A DNA stretch of 64,000 nt from Eledone cirrhosa (GCA_964016885.1 OZ024740.1:319362001-319426000); one strand, 5' to 3'. Shown: positions 30,001 to 45,307, numbered from the stretch's first letter. Notes: generated by a model not told the origin, from the sequence alone. Translations and numbers: made by a program.

Positions 30001-33000
30001 GTCTTGTCTATTTCCACAACTTACATACTATCTGACATTCTAACGACTCTACCAATTCGAAGTCTTTCTACTACAATACTAACTTTAAATAATCCAGGAT
30101 TGTCTCCTCTATTTCAACAACTTACGTTCTATCTGACATTCTAACGACTCTACCAATTCGAAGTATTTCTACTACAATACTAACAACAAATAATGCAGGA
30201 TTGTCTCGTCTATTTCCACGACTTACATTCTATCTGACATTCTAACGACTCTACCAATTCGAAGTCTTTCTACTACAATACTCACAACAAATAATCAAGG
30301 ATTGTCTCGTCTATTTCCACAACGTACATTCTATCTGACATTCTAACGACTCTACCTATTCGAAGTTTTTCTACTACAATACTCACAACAAATAATCCAG
30401 GATTGTATCGTCTATTTCCACAACTTACATTCTATCTGACATTCTAACGACTCTACCAATTTGAAGTCTTTCTACTACGATACTCACAACAAATAGTCCA
30501 GAATTGTCTCGTCTATTTCCACAACTTACACTCTATCTGACATTCAAACGACTCTATCAATTCGAAGTCTTTCTCCTACAATACTAACTTCAAATAATCC
30601 AGGATTGTCTCGTCTATTTCCACAACTTACATTCTATCTGACATTCTAAAGACTCTACCAATTCGAAGTCTTTCTACTACAATACTAACAACAAATAATC
30701 TAGGATTGTCTCGTCTATTTCCAGAACTTACATTCTATCTGACATTCAAACGAATCTACCAATTCGAAGTCTTTCTACTACAATACTCACAACAAATAAT
30801 CAAGGATTGTATCGTCTATTTCCACAACTTACATTCTATCTGACATTCTAACGACTCTACCAATTCGAAGTCTTTCTACTACAATACTAACAACAAATAA
30901 TCTAGGATTGTCTCGTCTATTTCCACAACTTACATTCTATCTGACATTCTAACGACTCGATCAATTCGAAGTCTTTCTACTACAATACTCACAACAAATA
31001 ATCCAGGATTGTCTCGTCTATTTCCACAATTTACATTCTATCTGACATTCTAACGACTCTACCAATTCGAAGTCTTTCTACTACAATACTAACTTTCATT
31101 AATCCAGGATTGTCTCCTCTATTTCCACAACTTACATTCTATCTGACATGCTAACGACTCTACTAGTTCGCTGTATTTCTACTACAATCCTCACAACAAA
31201 TAATCCAGCATAGTCTTGTCTATTTCCACAACTTACATACTATCTGACATTCTAACGACTCTACCAATTCGAAGTCTTTCTACTACAATACTAACTTCAA
31301 ATAATCCAGGATTGTCTCGTCTATTTCCACAACTTACATTCTATTTGACATTCTAACGACTCTACCAATTCGAAGTCTTTCTACTACAATACTAACAACA
31401 AATAATCTAGGATTGTCTCGTCTATTTCCACAACTTACATACTATCTGACATTCTAACGACTCTACCAATTCGAAGTCTTTCTACTACAATACTAACTTT
31501 AAATAATCCAGGATTGTCTCTTCTATTTCAACAACTTAATTCTATCTGACATTCTAACAACTCTACCAATTCGAGGTCTTTCTACTACAATACTCACAAC
31601 AAATAATCCAGGATTGTCTCGTCTATTTCCACACCTTACATTCTATCTGACATTTTAACGACTCTACCAATTCGAAGTCTTTCTACTACAATACTCACAA
31701 CAAATAATCCAGGATTGTCTCGTCTATTTCCACAACTTACATACTATCTGACACTCTAACGACTCTACCAATTCGAAGTCTTTCTACTACAATACTAACT
31801 TTAAATAATCCAGGATTGTCTCGTCTATTTCCACACCTTACATTCTATCTGACATTCTAACGACTCTACCAATTCGAAGTCTTTCTACTACAATACTCAC
31901 AACAAATAATCCAGGATTGTCTCGTCTATTTCCACAATTTACATTCTATCTGACAGTCTAACGACTCTACCAATTCGAAGTCTTTCTACTACAATACTAA
32001 CTTTCATTAATCCAGGATCGTCTCCTCTATTTCCACAACTTACATTCTATCTGACATGCTAACGACTCTACCAATTCGCTGTATTTCTACTACAATACTC
32101 ACAATAAATAATCCAGCATAGTCTTGTCTATTTCCACAACACACATTCTAACTGACATTCTAACGACTCTACCAATTCGAAGTCTTTCTACTACAATACT
32201 CACAACAAATCATCCAGGATTGACTCCTCTATTTCCACAACATACATTCTATCTGACATTCAATCGACTCTATAAATTCGAAGTCTTTCTACTACAATAC
32301 TAACAACAAATAATCCAGGATTGTATCGTCTATTTCCACAACTTACATTCTATCTGACATTCTAACGACTCTACCAATTCGAAGTCTTTCTACTACAATA
32401 CTCACAACAAATAATCCAGAATTGTCTCGTCTATTTCCACAACTTACATTCTATCTGACATTCAAACGACTCTACCAATTCGAAGTCTTTCTACTACAAT
32501 ACTAACTTCAAATAATCCAGGATTGTCTCGTCTATTTCCACAACTTACATTCTATCTGACATTCAAACGACTCTACCAATTCGAAGTCTTTCTACTACAA
32601 TACTAACTTCAAATAATCCAGGATTGTCTCGTCTATTTCCACAACTTACATTCTATCTGACATTCTAACGACTCTACCAATTCGATGTCTTTCTACTACA
32701 ATACTCAACAAATAATCCAGGATTGTCTCGTCTATCTCCAAACCTTACATTCTATCTGACATTCTAACGACTCTACCAGTTCGCTGTATTTCTACTACAA
32801 TACTAACTTCAAATAATCCAGGATTGTCACGTCTATTTCCACAACTTACATTCTATCTGACGTTCAATCGACTCTATAAATTCGAAGTCTTTCTACTACA
32901 ATACTAACAACAAATAATCCAGGATTGTCTCGTCTATTTCCACAACTTACATTCTATCTGACATTCTAACGACTCTACCAATTCGAAGTCTTTCTACTAC

Positions 33001-36000
33001 AATACTAACAACAAATAATCTCGGATTGTCTCGTCTATTTCCACAACTTACATTCTATCTGACATTCAATCGTCTCTATCAATTCGAAGTCTTTCTACTA
33101 CAATACTAACAACAAATAATCCAGGATTGTCTCGTCTATTTCCACAATTTACATTCTATCTGACATTCTAACGACTCTACCAATTCGAAGTCTTTCTACT
33201 ACAATACTCACAACAAATAATCCAGGATTGTCTCGTCTATTTCCACACCTTACATTCTATCTGACATTCTAACGACTCTACCAATTCGAAGTCTTTCTAC
33301 TACAATACTCACAACAAATAATCCAGGATTGTCTCGTCTATTTCCACAATTTACATTCTATCTGACATTCTAACGACTCTACCAATTCGAAGTCTTTCTA
33401 CTACAATTCTAACTTTCATTAATCCAGGATTGTCTCCTCTATTTCCACAACTTACATTCTATCTGACATGCTAACGACTCTACTAATTCGCTGTATTTCT
33501 ACTACAATACTCACAACAAATAATCCAGCATAGTCTTGTCTATTTCCACAACTTACATACTATCTGACATTCTAACGACTCTACCAATTCGAAGTCTTTC
33601 TACTACAATACTAACTTTAAATAATCCAGGATTGTCTCCTCTATTTCAACAACTTACGTTCTATCTGACATTCTAACGACTCTACCAATTCGAAGTATTT
33701 CTACTACAATACTAACAACAAATAATGCAGGATTGTCTCGTCTATTTCCACGACTTACATTCTATCTGACATTCTAACGACTCTACCAATTCGAAGTCTT
33801 TCTACTACAATACTCACAACAAATAATCAAGAATTGTCTCGTCTATTTCCACAACGTACATTCTATCTGACATTCTAACGACTCTACCTATTCGAAGTTT
33901 TTCTACTACAATACTCACAACAAATAATCCAGGATTGTATCGTCTATTTCCACAACTTACATTCTATCTGACATTCTAACGACTCTACCAATTTGAAGTC
34001 TTTCTACTACGATACTCACAACAAATAGTCCAGAATTGTCTCGTCTATTTCCACAACTTACATTCTATCTGACATTCTAACGACTCTTCCAATTCGAAGT
34101 CTTTCTACTACAATACTCACAACAAATAATCCAGAATTGTCTCGTCTATTTCCACAACTTACATTCTATCTGACATTCAAACGACTCTACAAATTCGAAA
34201 TCTTTCTACTACAATACTAACTTTAAATAATCCAGGATTGTCTCCTCTATTTCAACAACTTACATTATATCTGACATTCTAACGACTCTACCAATTCGAA
34301 GTCTTTCTACTACAATACTAACAACAAATCATCCAGGATTGTCTCCTCTATTTCCACAACTTACATTCTATCTGACGTTCAATCGACTCTATAAATTCGA
34401 AGTCTTTCTACTACAATACTAACAACAAATAATCCAGGATTGTCTCGTCTATTTCCACAACTTACATTCTATCTGACATTCTAACGACTCTACCAATTCG
34501 AAGTCTTTCTACTACAATACTAACAACAAATAATCTAGAATTGTCTCGTCTATTTCCACAACTTACATTCTATCTGACATTCTAACGACTCGACCAATTC
34601 GAAGTCTTTCTACTACAATACTCACAACAAATAATCCAGGATTGTCTCGTCTATTTCCACAATTTACATTCTATCTGACATTCTAACGACTCTACCAATT
34701 CGAAGTCTTTCTACTACAATACTAACTTTCATTAATCCAGGATTGTCTCCTCTATTTCCACAACTTACATTCTATCTGACATGCTAACGACTCTACTAGT
34801 TCGCTGTATTTCTACTACAATACTCACAACAAATAATCCAGCATAGTCTTGTCTATTTCCACAACTTACATACTATCTGACATTCTAACGACTCTACCAA
34901 TTCGAAGTCTTTCTACTACAATACTAACTTTAAATAATCCAGGATTGTCTCCTCTATTTCAACAACTTACGTTCTATCTGACATTCTAACGACTCTACTA
35001 ATTCGAGGTCTTTCTACTACAATACTCACAACAAATAATCCAGGATTGTCTCGTCTATTTCCACACCTTACATTCTATCTGACATTCTAACGACTCTACC
35101 AATTCGCTCTATTTCTACTACAATACTAACTTCAAATAATCCAGGATTGTCTCATCTATTTCCACAACTTATATTCTATCTGATATTCGAACGACTCTAC
35201 CAATTCGAAGTATTTCTACTACAATACTAACAACAAATAATGCAGGATTGTCTCGTCTATTTCCACGACTTACATTCTATCTGACATTCTAACGACTCTA
35301 CCAATTCGAAGTCTTTGTACTACAATACTCACAACAAATAATCAAGGATTGTCTCGTCTATTTCCACAACGTACATTCTATCTGACATTCTAACGACTCT
35401 ACCTTTCGAAGTTTTTCTACTACAATACTCACAACAAATAATCAAGGATTGTATCGTCTATTTCCACAACTTACATTCTATCTGACATTCTAACGACTCT
35501 ACCCATAAGCTGTATTTCTACTACAATACTAACTTCAAATAATCCAGGATTGTCACGTCTATTTCAACAACTTACATTCTATCTGATATTCTAACGACTC
35601 TACCAATTCGAAGTCTTTCTACTACAATACTAACAACAAATAATTTAGGATTGTCTCGTCTATTTCCACAACTTACATTCTATCTGACGTTCTAACGATT
35701 CTACCCATTCGCTGTATTTCTACTAAAATACTAACTTCAAATAATCCAGGATTGTCTCGTCTATTTCCACAACTTACATTCTATCTGACATTCTAACGAC
35801 TCAACCAATTCGAAGTCTTTCTACTACAATACTAACAACAAATAATTTAGGATTGTCTCGTCTATTTCCACAACTTACATTCTATCTGACGTTCTAACGA
35901 TTCTACCCATTCGCTGTATTTCTAATAAAATACTAACAACAAATAATCCAGGATTGTCTCGTCTATTTCCACAAGTTACATTCTATCTGACATTCTAACG

Positions 36001-39000
36001 ACTCTACCAATTCGAAGTCTTTCTACTACAATACTCACAACAAATAATCCAGGATTGTCTCGTCTATTTCCACACCTTACATTCTATCTGACATTCTAAC
36101 GACTCTACCAATTCGAAGTCTTTCTACTACAATACTCACAACAAATAATCCAGAATTGTCTCGTCTATTTCCACAATTTACATTCTATCTGACATTCTAA
36201 CGACTCTACCAATTCGAAGTCTTTCTACTACAATACTCACAACAAATCATCCAGGATTGTCTCCTCTATTTCCACAACATACATTCTATCTGACATTCAA
36301 TCGACTCTATCAATTCGAAGTCTTTCTACTACAATACTAACAACAAATAATCCAGGATTGTCTCGTCTATTTCCACAAGTTACATTCTATCTGACATTCT
36401 AACGATTCTACCCATTCGCTGTATTTCTACTAAAATACTAACAACAAATAATCCAGGATTGTCTCGTCTATTTCCACAAGTTACATTCTATCTGACATTC
36501 TAACGACTCTACCAATTCGAAGTCTTTCTACTACAATACTCACAACAAATAATCCAGGATTGTCTCGTCTATTTCCACAACTTACATACTATCTGACACT
36601 CTAACGACTCTACCAATTCGAAGTCTTTCTACTACAATACTAACTTTAAATAATCCAGGATTGTCTCCTCTATTTCAACAACTTACATTCTATCTGACAT
36701 TCTAACGACTCTACCAATTCGAGGTCTTTCTACTACAATACTCACAACAAATAATCCAGGATTGTCTCGTCTATTTCCACACCTTACATTCTATCTGACA
36801 TTCTAACGACTCTACCAATTCGAAGTCTTTCTACTACAATACTCACAACAAATAATCCAGGATTGTCTCGTCTATTTCCACAACTTACATTCTATCTGAC
36901 ATTCTAACGACTCTACCAATTCGAAGTCTTTCTACTACAATACTCACAACAAATCATCCAGGATTGTCTCCTCTATTTCCACAACATACATTCTATCTGA
37001 CATTCAATCGACTCTATCAATTCGAAGTCTTTCTACTACAATACTAACAACAAATAATCCAGGATTGTCTCGTCTATTTCCACAAGTTACATTCTATCTG
37101 ACATTCTAACGACTCTACCAATTCGCTGTATTTCTACTACAATACTCACAACAAATAATCCAGGATTGTCTCGTCTATTTCCACAACTTACATACTATCT
37201 GACATTCTAACGACTCTACCAATTCGAAGTCTTTCTACTACAATACTAACTTTAAATAATCCAAGATTGTCTCCTCTATTTCAACAACTTACGTTCTATC
37301 TGACATTCTAACGACTCTACCAATTCGAGGTCTTTCTACTACAATACTCACAACAAATAATCCAGGATTGTCTCGTCTATTTCCACACCTTACATTCTAT
37401 CTGACATTCTAACGACTCTACCAATTCGCTGTATTTCTACTACAATACTCACAACAAATAATCCAGGATTGTCTCGTCTATTTCCACAACTTACATACTA
37501 TCTGACATTCTAACGACTCTACCAATTCGAAGTCTTTCTACTACAATACTAACTTTAAATAATCCAAGATTGTCTCCTCTATTTCAACAACTTACGTTCT
37601 ATCTGACATTCTAACGACTCTACCAATTCGAGGTCTTTCTACTACAATACTCACAACAAATAATCCAGGATTGTCTCGTCTATTTCCACAACTTACATTC
37701 TATCTGACATTCTAACGACTCAACCAATTCGAAGTCTTTCTACTACAATACTAACAACAAATAATTTAGGATTGTCTCGTCTATTTCCACAACTTACATT
37801 CTATCTGACGTTCTAACGATTCTACCCATTCGCTGTATTTCTAATAAAATACTAACAACAAATAATCCAGGATTGTCTCGTCTATTTCCACAAGTTACAT
37901 TCTATCTGACATTCTAACGACTCTACCAATTCGAAGTCTTTCTACTACAATACTCACAACAAATAATCCAGGATTGTCTCGTCTATTTCCACACCTTACA
38001 TTCTATCTGACATTCTAACGACTCTACCAATTCGAAGTCTTTCTACTACAATACTCACAACAAATAATCCAGAATTGTCTCGTCTATTTCCACAATTTAC
38101 ATTCTATCTGACATTCTAACGACTCTACCAATTCGAAGTCTTTCTACTACAATACTCACAACAAATCATCCAGGATTGTCTCCTCTATTTCCACAACATA
38201 CATTCTATCTGACATTCAATCGACTCTATCAATTCGAAGTCTTTCTACTACAATACTAACAACAAATAATCCAGGATTGTCTCGTCTATTTCCACAAGTT
38301 ACATTCTATCTGACATTCTAACGATTCTACCCATTCGCTGTATTTCTACTAAAATACTAACAACAAATAATCCAGGATTGTCTCGTCTATTTCCACAAGT
38401 TACATTCTATCTGACATTCTAACGACTCTACCAATTCGAAGTCTTTCTACTACAATACTCACAACAAATAATCCAGGATTGTCTCGTCTATTTCCACAAC
38501 TTACATACTATCTGACACTCTAACGACTCTACCAATTCGAAGTCTTTCTACTACAATACTAACTTTAAATAATCCAGGATTGTCTCCTCTATTTCAACAA
38601 CTTACATTCTATCTGACATTCTAACGACTCTACCAATTCGAGGTCTTTCTACTACAATACTCACAACAAATAATCCAGGATTGTCTCGTCTATTTCCACA
38701 CCTTACATTCTATCTGACATTCTAACGACTCTACCAATTCGAAGTCTTTCTACTACAATACTCACAACAAATAATCCAGGATTGTCTCGTCTATTTCCAC
38801 AACTTACATTCTATCTGACATTCTAACGACTCTACCAATTCGAAGTCTTTCTACTACAATACTCACAACAAATCATCCAGGATTGTCTCCTCTATTTCCA
38901 CAACATACATTCTATCTGACATTCAATCGACTCTATCAATTCGAAGTCTTTCTACTACAATACTAACAACAAATAATCCAGGATTGTCTCGTCTATTTCC

Positions 39001-42000
39001 ACAAGTTACATTCTATCTGACATTCTAACGACTCTACCAATTCGCTGTATTTCTACTACAATACTCACAACAAATAATCCAGGATTGTCTCGTCTATTTC
39101 CACAACTTACATACTATCTGACATTCTAACGACTCTACCAATTCGAAGTCTTTCTACTACAATACTAACTTTAAATAATCCAAGATTGTCTCCTCTATTT
39201 CAACAACTTACGTTCTATCTGACATTCTAACGACTCTACCAATTCGAGGTCTTTCTACTACAATACTCACAACAAATAATCCAGGATTGTCTCGTCTATT
39301 TCCACACCTTACATTCTATCTGACATTCTAACGACTCTAACAATTCGAAGTCTTTGTACTACAATACTCACAACAAATAATCAAGGATTGTATCGTCTAT
39401 TTCCACAACTTACATTCTATCTGACATTCTAACGACTCTACCAATTTGAAGTCTTTCTACTACAATACTCACAACAAATAATCCAGAATTGTCTCGTCTA
39501 TTTCTACAACTGACACTCTATCTGACATTCAAACGACTCTATCAATTCGAAGTCTTTCTCCTACAATACTAACTTCAAATAATCCAGGATTGTCTCGTCT
39601 ATTTCCACAACTTACCTTCTATCTGACATTCTAACGACTCTACCAATTCGAAGTCTTTCTACTACAATACTAACAACAAATAATCTAGGATTGTCTCGTC
39701 TATTTCCACAACTTACATTCTATCTGACATTCTAACGAGTCTACCAATTCGAAGTCTTTCTACTACAATACTCACAACAAATAATCTAGGATTGTATCGT
39801 CTATTTCCACAACTTACATTCTATCTGACATTCTAACGACTCTACCAATTCGCTGTCTTTCTAATACAATACTAACTTCAAATAATCCAGGATTGTCTCG
39901 TCTATTTCCACACCTTACATTCTATCTGACATTCTAACGACTCTACCAATTCGAAGTCTTTCTACTACAATACTCACAACAAATAATCCAGGATTGTCTC
40001 GTCTATTTCCACAATTTACATTCTATCTGACATTCTAACGACTCTACCAATTCGAAGTCTTTCTACTACAATACTAACATTCATTAATCCAGGATTGTCT
40101 CCTCTATTTCCACAACTTACATTCTATCTGACATGCTAACGACTCTACCAATTCGCTGTATTTCTACTACAATACTCACAATAAATAATCCAGCATAGTC
40201 TTGTCTATTTCCACAACACACATTCTAACTGACATTCTAACGACTCTACCAATTCGAAGTCTTTCTACTACAATACTCACAACAAATCATCCAGGATTGT
40301 CTCCTCTATTTCCACAACATACATTCTATCTGACATTCAATCGACTCTATAAATTCGAAGTCTTTCTACTACAATACTAACAACAAATAATCCAGGATTG
40401 TCTCGTCTATTTCCACAAGTTACATTCTATCTGACATTCTAACGACTCTACCAATTCGAAGTCTTTCTACTACAATACTAACTTTAAATAATCCAGGATT
40501 GTCTCCTCTATTTCAACAACTTACATTCTATCTGACATTCTAACGACTCTACCAATTCGAGGTCTTTCTACTACAATACTCACAACAAATAATCCAGGAT
40601 TGTCTCGTCTATTTCCACACCTTACTTTCTATCTGACATTCTAACGACTCTACCAATTCGCTGTATTTCTACTACAATACTAACTGCAAGTAATCCAGGA
40701 TTGTCTCATCTATTTCCACAACTTACATTCCATCTGATATTCGAACGACTCTATCAATTCGAAGTCTTTCTCCTACAATACTAACTTCAAATAATCCAGG
40801 ATTGTCTCGTCTATTTCCACACCTTACATTCTATCTGACATTCTAACGACTCTACCAATTCGAAGTCTTTCTACTACAATACTCACAACAAATAATCCAG
40901 GATTGTCTCGTCTATTTCCACAACTTACATTCTATCTGACATTCTAACGACTCTACCAATTCGAAGTCTTTCTACTACAATACTCACAACAAATCATCCA
41001 GGATTGTCTCCTCTATTTCCACAACATACATTCTATCTGACATTCAATCGACTCTATCAATTCGAAGTCTTTCTACTACAATACTAACAACAAATAATCC
41101 AGGATTGTCTCGTCTATTTCCACAAGTTACATTCTATCTGACATTCTAACGACTCTACCAATTCGCTGTATTTCTACTACAATACTCACAACAAATAATC
41201 CAGGATTGTCTCGTCTATTTCCACAACTTACATACTATCTGACATTCTAACGACTCTACCAATTCGAAGTCTTTCTACTACAATACTAACTTTAAATAAT
41301 CCAAGATTGTCTCCTCTATTTCAACAACTTACGTTCTATCTGACATTCTAACGACTCTACCAATTCGAGGTCTTTCTACTACAATACTCACAACAAATAA
41401 TCCAGGATTGTCTCGTCTATTTCCACACCTTACATTCTATCTGATATTCGAACGACTCTACCAATTCGAAGTATTTCTACTACAATACTAACAACAAATA
41501 ATGCAGGATTGTCTCGTCTATTTCCACGACTTACATTCTATCTGACATTCTAACGACTCTAACAATTCGAAGTCTTTGTACTACAATACTCACAACAAAT
41601 AATCAAGGATTGTATCGTCTATTTCCACAACTTACATTCTATCTGACATTCTAACGACTCTACCAATTTGAAGTCTTTCTACTACAATACTCACAACAAA
41701 TAATCCAGAATTGTCTCGTCTATTTCTACAACTGACACTCTATCTGACATTCAAACGACTCTATCAATTCGAAGTCTTTCTCCTACAATACTAACTTCAA
41801 ATAATCCAGGATTGTCTCGTCTATTTCCACAACTTACCTTCTATCTGACATTCTAACGACTCTACCAATTCGAAGTCTTTCTACTACAATACTAACAACA
41901 AATAATCTAGGATTGTCTCGTCTATTTCCACAACTTACATTCTATCTGACATTCTAACGAGTCTACCAATTCGAAGTCTTTCTACTACAATACTCACAAC

Positions 42001-44634
42001 AAATAATCTAGGATTGTATCGTCTATTTCCACAACTTACATTCTATCTGACATTCTAACGACTCTACCAATTCGCTGTCTTTCTAATACAATACTAACTT
42101 CAAATAATCCAGGATTGTCTCGTCTATTTCCACACCTTACATTCTATCTGACATTCTAACGACTCTACCAATTCGAAGTCTTTCTACTACAATACTCACA
42201 ACAAATAATCCAGGATTGTCTCGTCTATTTCCACAATTTACATTCTATCTGACATTCTAACGACTCTACCAATTCGAAGTCTTTCTACTACAATACTAAC
42301 ATTCATTAATCCAGGATTGTCTCCTCTATTTCCACAACTTACATTCTATCTGACATGCTAACGACTCTACCAATTCGCTGTATTTCTACTACAATACTCA
42401 CAATAAATAATCCAGCATAGTCTTGTCTATTTCCACAACACACATTCTAACTGACATTCTAACGACTCTACCAATTCGAAGTCTTTCTACTACAATACTC
42501 ACAACAAATCATCCAGGATTGTCTCCTCTATTTCCACAACATACATTCTATCTGACATTCAATCGACTCTATAAATTCGAAGTCTTTCTACTACAATACT
42601 AACAACAAATAATCCAGGATTGTCTCGTCTATTTCCACAAGTTACATTCTATCTGACATTCTAACGACTCTACCAATTCGAAGTCTTTCTACTACAATAC
42701 TAACTTTAAATAATCCAGGATTGTCTCCTCTATTTCAACAACTTACATTCTATCTGACATTCTAACGACTCTACCAATTCGAGGTCTTTCTACTACAATA
42801 CTCACAACAAATAATCCAGGATTGTCTCGTCTATTTCCACACCTTACTTTCTATCTGACATTCTAACGACTCTACCAATTCGCTGTATTTCTACTACAAT
42901 ACTAACTGCAAGTAATCCAGGATTGTCTCATCTATTTCCACAACTTACATTCCATCTGATATTCGAACGACTCTATCAATTCGAAGTCTTTCTCCTACAA
43001 TACTAACTTCAAATAATCCAGGATTGTCTCGTCTATTTCCACACCTTACATTCTATCTGACATTCTAACGACTCTACCAATTCGAAGTCTTTCTACTACA
43101 ATACTCACAACAAATAATCCAGGATTGTCTCGTCTATTTCCACAATTTACATTCTATCTGACATTCTAACGACTCTACCAATTCGAAGTCTTTCTACTAC
43201 AATACTAACAACAAATAATCTAGGATTGTATCGTCTATTTCCACAACTTACATTCTATCTGACATTCTAACGACTCTACCAATTCGCTGTCTTTCTAATA
43301 CAATACTAACTTCAAATAATCCAGGATTGTCTCGTCTATTTCCACGACTTACATTCTATCTGACATTCTAACGACTCTAACAATTCGAAGTCTTTGTACT
43401 ACAATACTCACAACAAATAATCAAGGATTGTATCGTCTATTTCCACAACTTACATTCTATCTGACATTCTAACGACTCTACCAATTTGAAGTCTTTCTAC
43501 TACAATACTCACAACAAATAATCCAGAATTGTCTCGTCTATTTCTACAACTGACACTCTATCTGACATTCAAACGACTCTATCAATTCGCTGTCTTTCTA
43601 ATACAATACTCACAACAAATAATCTAGGATTGTATCGTCTATTTCCACAACTTACATTCTATCTGACATTCTAACGACTCTACCAATTCGCTGTCTTTCT
43701 AATACAATACTAACTTCAAATAATCCAGGATTGTCTTGTCTATTCCCACAACTTACATTCTATCTGACATTCTAACGACTCTATCAATTCGAAGTCTTTC
43801 TACTACAATACTCACAACAAATAATCCAGGATTGTCTCGTCTATTTCCACAACTTACATTCTATTTGACATTCTAACGAGTCTACCAATTCGAAGTCTTT
43901 CTACTACAATACTAACAACAAATAATCTAGGATTGTCTCGTCTATTTCCACAACTTACATTCTATCTGACATTCTAACGACTCTACCAATTCGCTGTCTT
44001 TCTAATACAATACTAACTTCAAATAATCCAGGATTGTCTCGTCTATTTCCACAACTTACATTCTATCTGACATTCTAACGACTCTACCAATTCGAGGTCA
44101 TTCTACTACAATACTCACAACAAATAATCCAGGATTGTCTCGTCTATTTCCACAACTTACATTCTATCTAAAAGTCTAACGACTCTACCAATTCGAAGTC
44201 TTTCTACTACAATACTAACTTTGATTAATCCAGGATTGTCTCCTCTATTTCCACAACTTACATTCTATCTGACATTCTAACGACTCTACCAATTTGAAGT
44301 CTTTCTACTACAATACTCACAACAAATAATCAAGGATTGTCTCGTCTATTTCCACACCTTACATTCTATCTGATATTCTAACGACTCTACCCATTCGCTG
44401 TATTTCTACTACAATACTCACAACAAATAATCCTGGATTGTTTCGTCTATTTCCACAACTTACATTCTATCTGACATTCTAACGACTCTACCAATTCGCT
44501 GTCTTTTTACTACAATACTAGCAACAAATAATCCAGGATTGTCTCGTCTCTGACATTCTAACGACTCTACCAATTCGAAGTCATTCTACTACAATACTCA
44601 CAACAAATAATCCAGGATTGTCTCGTCTATTTCC
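1..44634. repeat. Tandem satellite DNA array, 101-bp monomer, ~440 copies (continues past the left edge; candidate centromeric/pericentromeric satellite)
   Basis: Consensus CAGGATTGTCTCGTCTATTTCCACAACTTACATTCTATCTGACATTCTAACGACTCTACCAATTCGAAGTCTTTCTACTACAATACT(A/C)ACAACAAATAATC recurs with period 101 (AGGATT at 2, 103, 305...). The last partial monomer ends ...TCTATTTCC at 44634. No foreign insertion seen. About 35% GC, with 8 G vs 27 C per monomer on the + strand. Confidence 0.99.
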
Positions 44635-44974
44635 GTATTACAATTATTATTATTGATTACCTTTTGGTTGACAAGTGTAGTTTTTTCTTTAAATCATTTA
44701 CACTACTAATTTTTGTAAATTATTACAGGCCGAGACATATGCAGTAGGAAACGTTTTCTCTCTTTTTTGGGGGGGGAAATGACTGACTTTGAAATGAATC
44801 CTTTGAAAGAAAGGTTTGTTGCTGTTGAAAATAAAAACAACTTATTTGGTTCATTGTTAGTTTTGCGAGTGTGATATAAATACAAAGTACTTTGATTTAA
44901 TTAACATGTGTGATCAAATATTCAAATTAGTGTGAGTCCTATGAAAACAGTGCCATTGATTCAATATATTGCTC

Positions 44975-45081
44975 TCTATTTTTGGCACAAGGCCATCAAA
45001 TTTAGGGGAAGGGCAAAGCTGATTAAATTACACCCAGTACTTCACTGATATTTTATTTTATTGACCTCGGAAGGATGAAAG
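44975..45081 (-). mobile_element. 3' fragment of tRNA-derived SINE (same family as 45898-46090), diverged
   Basis: Reverse complement reads CTTTCATCCTTCCGAGGTCAATAAAATAAAATATCAGT...GTACTGGG...TGGCCTTGTGCCAAAA, matching the 3' half of the SINE at 45898-46090. Confidence 0.8.
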
Positions 45082-45307
45082 AAATTCCTTCAATGTATTA
45101 ACGAAACTGAAGGCTTTGAAGGGAAAATTGCTATATTTATGAGCAGACACTACACAAAATGAACTGTGATCATTTAGCTGTTACGTGTGAAAATATTATT
45201 TTTGATAGATGAAAATTTTAGTCTATTGCTAGAAGATTCAAATGGTGTCAAAATTTAATTTCTTGCAAAGCCAGCTGTAAAATCGCTCGGTATGCAAAAT
45301 ATGTGAA

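Noticed and set aside
1-44634. CRISPR array interpretation of the satellite
   Set aside because: There are no unique spacers, the whole monomer repeats, no cas genes are present, and the context is eukaryotic.
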